Below, one piece after another: positions 50,810-61,901 of a stretch of 64,000 nucleotides of DNA. The stretch's first letter is position 1; each line of letters begins with the position of its first letter. Source of the DNA: Azolla caroliniana (taxonomy: Eukaryota; Plantae; Polypodiophyta); assembly GCA_043228905.1 (NCBI GenBank), contig JBHGNT010000015.1, positions 12,586,001 to 12,650,000 of the forward strand, read 5' to 3'. A model generated the notes under the pieces. It was given only the letters and a program-made list of their open reading frames with translations. It had not been told where the DNA came from and searched no databases. Made by a program: the position numbers and the translations under genes.

Positions 50810-53600
50810 ATGTCCCACAACAAAAATACGAAAGGCAAAGGAAAGCAAATCAGCCTCTTTACAATGCCTGGTTTTAGGAAAAATTTGTCATCTTCCAATG
50901 AAGATTGTCTCTAAAAGAGCCTATAAAGGACCATCAACACTCTGAAGAGTTACTTCATGAGATGAATAGAATTAGTGAGGCCAAACTAAAATTTAAAGAA
51001 GATTGGCTTACTAAATTTAACTGGCTTCAAGAGGATTTGGAAACTGGTCTTCTATGGTATAGTTATTGTAGGAGTGATCCTCATTGTAAGTCTTCATTTG
51101 GTAAGACATGTGCCAAAAACTTTAAGACTTCTGCATTAGAAGAACATGCAAGAAGTGTGGCCCATCGAGATGCCATCTTGTTACAAGAACAAGACAAGAA
51201 TGGTCTTGAAAAATGTGCATCAAAGAAAAAATCTAGTGTGGATGTAGCAATTGAAAAATTGTTTAGATGTGCATATTTTATGGCTAAAGAGGATTTGGCA
51301 TTTAGAAAATTGGAAAGTCTCTTACAATTGTTAAGAGAATGTGGTGTGGAAGGCCTTCTACGAATGTATAACGATAATAGCAAGGCTTTTGAAGCTGAGA
51401 TATATGATAGGTTGAGGAAAAGTCCTTGGTTTGGGCTTATGGTAGATGAAGCTACCGATGTAAGCGTAACCAAAAACTTGATCCTTTATGCTACATTTGT
51501 GGAAGGAAGGCAAGTACGAACCTCTTATTTGGGGTTACTTGAAGTAGAGGATGGTACATCAAACACAATAACAAAAAGCACTTAAGCATTGTTAAAAAAG
51601 TGGAACTTCGATGTTAAAAAATTGATGGGATTTGGAAGTGATGGAGCATCTGTTATGGTAGGTATGTCTACAGGTGTTGCCACAAGATTGAAGTCATATA
51701 ACCCATTTATGAATTCATTACATTGTTGAGCACATCGAACAAACTTGTGTGTGCAAGAGGCTTCAAAGAACATTGAAGTCAAAGAAACATGCAAACAGTT
51801 AGATGCCCTTGTGAATCGGATGGCTGCACATTTCTCGAGGAGCTCAATGCGCCAAGGTGAATTAACTAAGATGCAAGATGCATTAGAATACATACATTTG
51901 CATATTCTTGGGATTGTGAAGACACGATGGCTTAGTCAACATGGTGCTATCATGAGGGTATGTGATGTGAATGAACCCTTGATGAAGACTTTGCAATCGC
52001 AAAGTGATACATACAATGTATTCTTAAGTTTAAGAAACTTCAAAGTAGTGTATATGCTTCACTTCCTTGCAGATGTACTTAAGAGCATGTCTACGTTAAG
52101 TATGGAATTCCAAAAGGAATATGTGGATGTGACATGCATTGGAGGTTTGGCTATGATAGCCATTGGGGAGATAGAAGAACAATTTCTACATCATGTTATG
52201 ATGGATCTCAATGGTTTTGAGAAGGATAGCTATAATTATCCAATTATTCCAGAATATGGTAGAGAAAAAGGAATGCTTTCAGTTTTAAGAGATGCTATTA
52301 AAGGTAATATGTATAAAAGCATCCTCATGGATAGATGTATTGATGGTGAGGACTTAATTGTGTATATGCTTCACTTCCTTGCAGATGTACTTAAGAGCAT
52401 GTCTACGTTAAGTATGGAATTCCAAAAGGAATATGTGGATGTGACATGCATTGGAGGTTTGGCTATGATAGCCATTGGGGAGATAGAAGAACAATTTCTA
52501 CATCATGTTATGATGGATCTCAATGGTTTTGAGAAGGATAGCTATAATTATCCAATTATTCCAGAATATGGTAGAGAAAAAGGAATGCTTTCAGTTTTAA
52601 GAGATGCTATTAAAGGTAATATGTATAAAAGCATCCTCATGGATAGATGTATTGATGGTGAGGACTTAATTGTGTATATGCTTCACTTCCTTGCAGATGT
52701 ACTTAAGAGCATGTCTACGTTAAGTATGGAATTCCAAAAGGAATATGTGGATGTGACATGCATTGGAGGTTTGGCTATGATAGCCATTGGGGAGATAGAA
52801 GAACAATTTCTACATCATGTTATGATGGATCTCAATGGTTTTGAGAAGGATAGCTATAATTATCCAATTATTCCAGAATATGGTAGAGAAAAAGGAATGC
52901 TTTCAGTTTTAAGAGATGCTATTAAAGGTAATATGTATAAAAGCATCCTCATGGATAGATGTACTGATGGTGTGGACTTAATTGAAACCATACGATTCCA
53001 AACTTTATTTTCTAAGGCATTAATAGAGACAGTATAAAGAGGCTTCAAGATCTGGTAACTCTTTCCGCATAAAAAATGTTATCACCAATGAACATTTCTA
53101 CCGGATCTACAAGCATTTTAGCACGAAAAACTATGGGTCTTAATGAGTTGAAAACACTTAGAAATTTTTATGGCATTCAAAAAATGATAGATGGGAAAGT
53201 GTTTTCTCCCATAACTGATAATGATGAATTGTATGATGATTATGCAATTTTCAAAAGGCAAGCTACCACGGAATGGCTTGGAAGAGATTTCTTAGATGTT
53301 TGGGGTTTGATAAATTGTAATGATGTGTGGAAAGAAAATCTAGCCGAACTTCTAAAGCTTTCATTGATAGGGTTAATTGAATGTTCTTCTACAACAGCAT
53401 GTGAGAGAGGCTTTAGTCGCCTAAATCTAATAAAAATAAGTATAGAAATAGGCTAAAAAACATTGTGGTTGATGCATTGATTCGAATCTCTATTGAAGGA
53501 CCTAAACTAGAAGAACATGACTTTAGTACCAGCATTTTGTTGTGGCGAGAAAGCAAGGCATATCGTCATATTTTTACAGGAACTTCACATGACTCATGAG
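50810..53600 (+). pseudogene. hAT-2 transposase pseudogene
   Basis: 'KFKEDWLTKFNWL', 'EHARSVAH', 'GLMVDEATDVS', 'FGSDGASVMVG', 'HC*AHR', 'TRWLS' and 'STTACERGFS'. In-frame stops and frameshifts. Confidence 0.85.
52048..52983 (+). repeat. Three near-identical 312-bp in-frame tandem copies in the hAT-2 transposase
   Basis: Copies start at 52048, 52360 and 52672. The 104-aa unit VYMLHFLADV...DLI is repeated three times. Confidence 0.97.
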
Positions 53601-54823
53601 CATGATGATGACATTGAGGACTTCATAGAAGATATAGATTGAAACTTTGTAAATTTGATCGATTTTGTTTTGGAACTTTCTATATATTATATCTAATTTG
53701 ATTGAATATTTTGTTAATGCTAGTTTACAAAGGTTTGAAAAGTGAATTATGTTTATAAAGTTAGATTTTTTTTCGGTAAATATATATCTTTAGTTTTTGG
53801 GATCCAAAATTGTGATTGATTTGATTTGGTATTTGTGCTAGATTTTTTATTTTTGATTTGGTATGCGGCCAAAAATAAAATTTCAACATGTTCCGGTTGA
53901 CATTGTCGCTAGTAGGAATGTGGCCGGTTGAAATTTTAAAATTCCAGTTAGGTTCATGAGAAGCAGGAAATTTTCGGCAGGGGCTAAAAACTAGTAGTGG
54001 TGACTTTTGACCTGAGTGCTCATAGATTCTCAAAAGATGTGTTCACACACTAGACTAGGTTGAGCTTGATTCTCAACATGGAGTTATTAGTAAGAGTCCA
54101 AGAAGCTTCTATTGTTCTCTAATATTATAAAATAACATTCCTTTCTCTTGCTCTTCTTTTCTCTATCTTTTCTCTATACACTCTTTCAATATGCTCATAG
54201 AAATTGGCAAAAACTCATTTTCTGTCTACTGAGAAATCTAGATCTTACAATTTGATTATTTGACAAAAGACAAGATTCAAACCCTTGCTTCTAATTTATC
54301 GACACTACACCACGAAGCCAATCGGATGACAACTCCAATGGAAAACCGAGTTCCAAAATTGTTTTTGCTTTCACACAAATCATGTGGAAAGTGAGAAATG
54401 ATGTCAACATATGAACAAAATCATAATCGGCAAGGTGAGGGTGGCAAGAGGAGATATCAATGTAAAACAAAGAGTTTGTATTGATGACAATGATGATGAA
54501 GCAAATGATTCTTGAAAGAGAAAATATGTCAATCTCTGTTATGTTTGTGAAAGAGGAATTCAAGGAGAAAGCAAGGGAATTTAAAGTTGATAAATCTACA
54601 ATACGGGAGTTGAAATGAGGTTGTGAGCAATGCTAGATTACTAAAACTGACATTTATATTAATAAGATAGACAATAGGCATACATGAGTATAAAGATGAG
54701 CAATCATTCAGCACATTCAGAAAACTGAATTTTAACATTCCTTTGCGTACATGACGCACTATAAATTGGCATATGAAGCCCTCATAATTATCTACCAGAA
54801 CAAATCATAATAAAACTCATTAT

Positions 54824-55084
54824 TGCTTCAATACATTTGCCATTCTTGGTGCATTTTGTGAATTCATTACGTAATTCTGTCAGAATTAAATTCCATGTTT
54901 ACTTTTGCAGATTAAAAGAAACATAAAACCAAACTCAGAAAGAAACACAACTGCTTCAATACATTTGCTATTCTTGGTGCATTTTGTGAATTCATTATAT
55001 AATTCTGTCAGAAAATTAAATTCCATGTTTACTTTTTTGCAGATTAAAAGAGACATAAAACCAAACTCAGAAAGAAGCACAACT
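54824..55084. repeat. ~128-bp direct duplication downstream of the Expp1-like gene
   Basis: TGCTTCAATACATTTGC...CTCAGAAAGAA.CACAACT occurs twice. Confidence 0.85.
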
Positions 55085-55301
55085 ATGAAATATTTTTGGG
55101 TTATACAATATATAGGAAATAAGGTTGGCATATACAAGAGATGTCTTTCAAATTCAAAAATAACTGTACCGACTCAAAACAGTGGAAGATGTTAAAACTA
55201 AAAATGATAAAATCCCAGGGCACACTCATCCAAGGGAACTTCGAAGTACAAGGAAAATAGATCAAATGAATTGGTTAGTGCAGAGCTTTTTTGTCTTCTT
55301 T

Positions 55302-55625
55302 TTAGAAATACTTGTTATATTCACTCGTCAGTGAGTCCTTTAGATTGCTATACAGCCCATATAAGGAATACTGACGAAGATTAGCAATCTCATACCATGA
55401 ATTGAATACTTTGTGATATTTATCAGACCCTGAGAAAGATAACTGGAAACTGATACTGCAATCAACTTTTCCCCCATTTTTCTTGCAGCTTGCTAGTGGA
55501 ATAGCACAATCTTGCCCATTAACGCAAACATCAGATGAAGAGTTCCCAGAGTTCCCCTTACAATTGCTGCAACCATAACTTTTCCATAATAGGGTTTGTA
55601 ACCTTCCCTTACTGAAGTCCAAGAC
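55302..55625 (-). CDS. Expp1-like conserved plant protein (AT3G11800/AT3G44150-type), last exon
   Basis: Acceptor GATCAG|GTC. Reads 'VLDFSKGRLQTLLWK...DCSISFQLSFSGSDK...NSWYEIANLRQYSLYGLYSNLKDSL', recognised from memory as the family C-terminus. Confidence 0.8.
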   Translation of the reverse strand, partial: VLDFSKGRLQTLLWKSYGCSNCKGNSGNSSSDVCVNGQDCAIPLASCKKNGGKVDCSISFQLSFSGSDKYHKVFNSWYEIANLRQYSLYGLYSNLKDSLTSEYNKYF

Positions 55626-56236
55626 CTGATCAATTAACAAAATTAATTTGATGACAATATTTGACAAATAGTGTTCAATATTTCAACAATTTATGAGCGT
55701 TTTCCAAAGAGAAGAGAAATTTTAATTCTCCAGCACTATGAATTTACTGGCATAAGAATACAATGATGCAACACAGAATGAGGACTCTACATGCAAATAT
55801 CTAACCACATGTCAAGGATGAGTTCTACCCAAAACAAAGTGCACGCTATTTTTTTAGTATTAATAGAAATACGTTAAAGACAATCTAACAGAATAACAAC
55901 CTAATACAAACTCCTCTAGACATGGAAGAAAGCAGTCACTGATGCATATTAGATTCCTAAAAGAACTGATCAAATTCTACTGTGCATGGAAAGCATTAGG
56001 GTATATTAGATCCTTACAAATGCCAATTAAAATTGCCAATCATGTGAAACAACTGTACGGTCACTATCTGTCAGTGCAAATAAATCAATAGATTTTAATA
56101 CCATAGGTCATGACATCTTCAATAATCTAGTGTATTTTGGGAAATTAAATCCATTTTGGGCCTAGGTTGCACATTGAGGATAAAGAAAGAAAAAATCGTC
56201 AAGGCTCCTGAATCCAAAAGTAGAACATGAGAATAC

Positions 56237-56341
56237 CAGTGTAAAACTCGTGATGATATGTTTCTCAGTTAGCACTGTATGTGGAAAGGAAACTGCAGCA
56301 TATTTACTCCCAGCAAAAGCCACCAGAAATTTGTCATTGTT
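56237..56341 (-). CDS. Expp1-like protein, penultimate exon
   Basis: Acceptor TGTAG|, donor CTG|GTATT. 105 nt, phase 0/0, 'NNDKFLVAFAGSKYAAVSFP...ITSFTL'. The first exon was not found in the window. Confidence 0.8.
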
Positions 56342-57351
56342 CTACATTCATAAAGGAGAAACGCATATTATTGCACCACATATAAGAGTGAAATTTGAAG
56401 AATTCTCTGTCTATTCCATATTTAAAGAGTACAAAGACATTAATACAACCATTACACAATATAAAAATATTACGAGAAAAATACTTAACATCCCTGAATT
56501 TTTCTTATACCCGCAAATAGTTTTCATTACTTTCCCAAATGCCCTTGGTCAACCCCCATAAAAGCAATTGTACATGATATTCAAGCAATTATATGGTTAA
56601 ACCATCCATCCAAATTTTCTTTCTTTCAGAGGTTGATGAAGGGTGTGCAGGGAAATAAGAAAAACTCAATGGCATGTGCGTAGACATAAAATAATTCAGG
56701 GACATTTCAAAGTGTTTTTTGGCCATTTTTCTTACGGTTTGAGTGTAATCAAGCTTTCCCAGGCTTTCAGCAACCTCTGTAATTATAGCCTCTATAATTG
56801 TAATCAAGAAATCTACACTATAATTCGGACTTCTCTCCCCTAAATTTCTATCAAATCAATCACTTTCATTCCTATATAGTTAATGCTGCACAGCCAACAC
56901 CTTTGAAGGGAGAAATACCATATCTGCAACAAGGAGATGCAGGAAAACGGAATCTGAGAAGCAAGTTATGCTGTTTAATCGAGTAGGAGCAGCAAATATG
57001 CAATTGGAGAGTTGCAATCCACCAGCAGCACTTCTACGGAATTCAAGCAGGCAATGCTCAATGAGTTAGACCGAATTGCACAAGGACATCGCAACTCTTT
57101 AAAATAAAAACGAAGAGTTGTTCCTGCAGGTGCTCCTCAATCTGTCGTAGAATACACTACCCAATCTTTCGGGTGGCCTAGAAATCCTGAAAGATCTAAA
57201 AGTCTCTTCGGTTGTGGAACTGATTATTGGATTTTAGGATTTCTTCATTCGGATTGTATTTGCAGTAGGATTCGTCTCCCTTACATTGCTTATAGTAGCC
57301 AAGACTCTTTCATGTACAAAACGTTTCGTGTGAATTCATTAAATAAATAAC

Positions 57352-58150
57352 ACGAGTGTCTCCTAAGAGCATCCCTATCATCTGGTGGATTCAAGTCCAT
57401 GGTCTCTCCTGGGATTACTCGGAGCCTTAGCAAGCACCATCGGTGCTGTTATGTATATGCATTCATTCGCGGGAGACAGAACACTCCTCACTTTAGGCCT
57501 AAGCTTGATCTTATATACCATGTTTGTATGGCGGCACGATGTTACATGTGAATTTACTCATGAAGGACGTCATACCAAAGTGGTATAATTAGGGCTTCGC
57601 TACGGTTTTCTCTTGTTTATCATTTCGGAGGTTATGTCTCTTCTAGCATTTTTTTTGGGCTTTCTTTTATTTATCTTTGGCACTCGCGGTAGAGATCGGA
57701 GCTATTTGGCCCCCCAAAGGAGTTGAGGTTTTAAATCCCTGGGGAATTCCTTTTCTAAATACCCTTATTCTCCTTTCTTCTGGAGCTGCCGTGACTTGGG
57801 CTCATCATGCCATACTCACAGGTTTAAAATAATAAGCGGTTCACGCTTTAGTAGCTATCGTTCAGCTGGCTCCAGCTCCAACCAGGTTTTAGGGAATGGA
57901 ATATTACGAACCACTCTTCATCATTTCCGACGGTATTTATGGTTTTACTTTCCTCTTAGCCATTGGTTCTTATGGGTCCTACGTTACTACAGGGACCATT
58001 ATCTCGACGATACGCAGTATTTGTTAATATATAGGTCATTTTAGTCCTTCTCATCACTTCGGCTTCGAAGTAGCTGCTCGGTACCGGCATTCTGTGGACG
58101 TGGTTCGGTCATTTCCATCTGTCCCAATCTATTGGTGGGGGGGCTTATGA
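57352..58150 (+). pseudogene. cox3: Mitochondrial cox3 insertion (NUMT), unedited
   Basis: '[10 protein letters not shown]', 'GAIWPPKG', '[27 protein letters not shown]', 'HHFGFE', 'IYWWGG'. ACG start, TAA/TAG at Gln positions, and one +1 frameshift in the T run at ~57650. Confidence 0.93.
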
Positions 58151-59284
58151 CAACAAGATATGAGCCTTGCCCTTCCCCAAGCAGAATGCAGGTCAATGGG
58201 AACTTGATTGGTTGAAAAGCCTGACGTTGTGGGGTTCCGCGGGCCAGCTTTGCTTTGAAGGTGGGCTTATAACATCAAGGGCAGGGGATCCGGCCGGTTG
58301 GGGATCGAAGAATCACCTAATTGTCTTCCTTTTATGATTCTATTCGGTGCTCGGTAGGTCCAATTCCTACTGTATTTTTCGGAATGCATTACATGAGTAC
58401 CCAGCCAAAGGTTCAGGGGTCGAATACCCAACGATAGAGTCGGGTTCAGGTTCTACTCTCCGTTGTCTATCAGTGCTGGTCCACCTTATCTGATACATCA
58501 CCATTCCATCATCATCCATCCTCCTGTTTCCCACTTACTACCCTTTCCCATTTTTATTTTCCTTCATCTCGGTCGTTAGCTTGGAACCTGCCCGCCCCCC
58601 CAATTCTCCTGGAAAGGGAGAAATGTTTCCTTTCCTTTCCTCGGTATCATTCTCTCTCGTCAGCAGTGCTAAGGTGACTTCTCAGACCGTTCCTTTGTTC
58701 TGCAGATTCTCTGAGTTCCGAGAGGCCTTCGGCGAATTAGCTCGACTTTGTTGTTGCGGACCTTTGCGGGTTTCGCGTGAGGTGCTTTCTCGGCGGCGGG
58801 CGGTAGAAGGCTACCTTTCTCCTCATGCGTAAAAACGGCGCGGCGGGGCCGGCCTTCATTATGAACCGGTTCATCGGCACTGGTTGGTTCTAACATCCCC
58901 AGCAAGCAACCAGGTGTTTTACCTCTACCACCTTGGGATGGGAACCTTGGTTTGCTCAGTTCTGAAACCTTCCCATGGTTAGGGTTGGGTATATGGCAAA
59001 TTTCGCCTACAACAAAGATGGCTTAGCATGATTTTACAGAATAGATGGAATTAGATGGGGAAAATAGATATATTTTGGCGGTAGTTAGTGAGACCGAATG
59101 AAGATTCTGGCCCCAAACCAAGCATCACTCAAACCAGATGACGTCCTACTGTTTCTAAGCACAGATTGAACAGACTATGGAGATATAGGAATTCTTTTGG
59201 AGGACCAAAACGACATTTATGGCCTAGTGGAAAATTGGGATGAGGTGAAGCAGATATGCCACCACTACAACAAGAGATGAGGCA

Positions 59285-60230
59285 ATGGCACTGAAACAGA
59301 AGGGTCAGATGGGAATATTAGAGCCATCAAATTCTCCGCATTCTAACCAATCGTTCACCCATCCTATGAAAATGGATCAGTGTGATTCATCAAAATATCT
59401 CCAATCTTCTCCCTCACTCAACACATGCATGAGATCCATATTTTGTTCTACGTCAGCTTGCACCTTTTACAATGGTCTAACCCTTCCTTTCCCTTTAACA
59501 TTTACTACTTTCAGCATTAAGCCAAATGCATCTTCATTTCAGTACACTTCACAGGTCTCATGTCCCTCCAATCTCTTCCTTCTGTTCTCTACAAATACTT
59601 TATGGTTTTCGCAAGAAACTTCACCTATGCTTGTCTTGCCCTTGACCAGATCATCCCATCCTATCAGAATCTAGATTCTTGATTTGACCTATTTCACCCC
59701 TTTAGAATAAATCTTCCCCTTTCCTGATTCTTTAAGGATTGCAGAACAAAAATGGGATTCTTGGTAAGATATTTTTTGCCTCCACCTCATCCTGCCTTTA
59801 CCAGAGTTTACATCAATCAGTAGGTGAGTCTTAGATGAGTGTATCTTATTGCCTTAGAGAAAAATAAAATCCCTTTGGTACACCTGACAGAGGTCTAAAT
59901 AGTCCAAAACTCATGATTGGTTCCACTACACCAAAGGCATCGCCAAGAAAATCCTTGTGATAGGCTAGATTATCCAGCCTGAATATCCCTTGATTCCCCC
60001 TTCCTGTGATTCAAGATCTTTCATCTCCTTTACCAGTCCCTCCAAACTTGGCTCATTAATCCACTTGATCAGATCCTTTCAAAAACCCAATTTAGCCACC
60101 AACTGATCGCCAATGGTGTTAAGCTTCAACTCCATTTTTCATCAAAGCAGAGAGATGTCCAATTAATGATCTCCTGTTAATCCTTCCTATCTCCTTGTGG
60201 ACATCCTGACTTCAAGTTTACCAAGGTGTC
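59285..60230. mobile_element. Highly degraded Gypsy remnants
   Basis: Plus strand: RT N-terminal-like 'GILEPSNSPHSNQSFTHP'. Minus strand: gag zinc-knuckle-like 'RCLWCSGTNH' and 'VNSGKGRM'. Confidence 0.45.
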
Positions 60231-60289
60231 CCATAAATTTGTTGGACACACATACATGCCAGGGCTAAACAACCAAGTTTTTGAGCCCG

Positions 60290-61084
60290 CACAATAGATT
60301 ATCATGTGCCTATGCTAGCTTCACATACTTTTAGCCAAAAGTTAACCCAAATTACCTTTCCCACACACACCCTCAAAAACCATACATTTGGCTTGATTTA
60401 GTCACAATGCTTACCATGTGCTGAAGGCATCTTCCAAGAGAGCAGTAAAACACCAATCGAACCACCAATTCAATCTTATGTAACAAAGAAACGCCACAAT
60501 AGATTATCATGTGCCCATGCTAGCTTCACATACTTTTAGCCAAAAGTTAACCCAAATTACCTTTCCCACACACACCCTCAAAAACCATACATTTGGCTTG
60601 ATTTAGTCACAATGCTTACCATGTGCTGAAGGCATCTTCCAAGAGAGCAGTAAAACACCAATCGAACCACCAATTCAATCTTATGTAACAAAGAAACGCC
60701 ACAATAGATTATCATGTGCCCATGCTAGCTTCACATACTTTTAGCCAAAAGTTAACCCAAATTACCTTTCCCACACACCCTCAAAAACCATACATTTGGC
60801 TTGATTTAGTTACAATGCTTACCATGTGCTGAAGGCATCTTCCAAGAGAGCAGTAAAACACCAATCGAACCACCAATTCAATCTTATGTAACAAAGAAAC
60901 GCCACAAGAGATTATCATGTGCCCATGCTAGCTTCACATACTTTTAGCCAAAAGTTAACCCAAATTACCTTTCCCACACACACCCTCAAAAACCATACAT
61001 TTGGCTTGATTAGTCACAGTGCTTACCATGTGCTGAAGGTATCTTCCAAGAGAGCAGTAAAACACTAATCGAACCACCAATTCA
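60290..61084. repeat. ~205-bp tandem repeat, about four near-identical copies
   Basis: Units start at 60290, 60495, 60700 and 60903 (CACAATAGATTATCATGTGCC...). Confidence 0.95.
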
Positions 61085-61521
61085 GCTAAATTTTCACCAC
61101 CACCAAAATCTTATGTAACAAGGAAACATTTACTTGAGACTTCAGACTCACGAAGAATTAATTTCACGTCCAAGAAGCTTGCTGATCAATCCGTTGGTCC
61201 CAAAAATTTAGTGCCTCTTTTGGAATTGTTTTACTTATAATTAGAAAAACTAAGGTAGAACCTAACACTAAATCACAGCCATAGTTTCAGTCTAAGTCAG
61301 CAGCTAACTCATATAGAGCTTCATAGGTACTCTCCACTGCGCAGAGTAAAGGACAGCAAATCATCCACAAGTCCTGCAAATTTCAGCAGTCTAACATTGG
61401 CTCCTCGTTGCTCTAAAGCTGAATATGAGATTCAACATCAAAAGAGGTTTGTTGAATGGGTCAAATCTATGCCAAATCTCACTAAACTATGACTATAATG
61501 CACAACTTGACAATCCAACAG

Positions 61522-61823
61522 TACTCTTCCACACATACCAGAGCCCAAAACTAACTCAGTCTACCACGAGACAATCATCGTCTAGCAACCCTTGGGCTTG
61601 GACAATGCCATGCCATCTTACCTGATTTCGAAGGTCTTGGGAGGGAAGCAATTAAAGAAAAAACAATACTCTTCCACACATATTAGAGCCCAAAACTAAG
61701 TCAGCCTACCACGAGACAATCATGGTCTAGCGACCCTTGGGCTTGGACCATTTCACATTGACAATGCAATGCCATCTTACCTGATTTTGATGGTCTTAGG
61801 AGGGAAGCAATTAAAGAACAAAA
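61522..61823. repeat. ~145-bp diverged direct duplication
   Basis: CTCTTCCACACATA..AGAGCCCAAAACTAA...GGAGGGAAGCAATTAAAGAA occurs twice. Confidence 0.8.
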
Positions 61824-61901
61824 AAATTAATATCATAAAAGAGGATAAAAAAGTTAACAATTTTGAGTTCCTCGTGACATTAAAAGACATGTAGACATTA
61901 A

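Larger units (their letters stand above)
48408..53993 (+). mobile_element. hAT-2 DNA transposon (decayed; ZNF862/KIAA1586-like transposase type)
   Basis: Left end CAGTGTTGGGC with a degenerate right TIR. No TSD (adjacent host deletion of ~80 bp). CCGG-rich subterminal motifs. Confidence 0.7.
48105..54078 (-). mobile_element. A-family 5' LTR + PBS (element H) in reverse orientation, split by hAT-2
   Basis: PBS (reverse) at 48123-48134. LTR pieces 48135-48407 and 53994-54078 end ...GCTTGATTCTCAACA, the reverse complement of the A LTR start. Confidence 0.8.

Noticed and set aside
54079-54083. TSD linking 12031-12035 (CTCTA) to the far end of the nest
   Set aside because: The flank TGGAG matches neither CTCTA nor its reverse complement exactly, and the two LTRs are in opposite orientation.
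57352-58150. Functional nuclear-transferred cox3
   Set aside because: Unedited ACG start, internal stops, a frameshift and no targeting peptide.
58400-58460. tRNA-like sequence near the NUMT
   Set aside because: I could not build a cloverleaf and found no canonical T-arm by eye. tRNAscan-SE would be needed.
60290-61084. CRISPR-like array
   Set aside because: Contiguous 205-bp units with no unique spacers, no cas genes, eukaryotic context.
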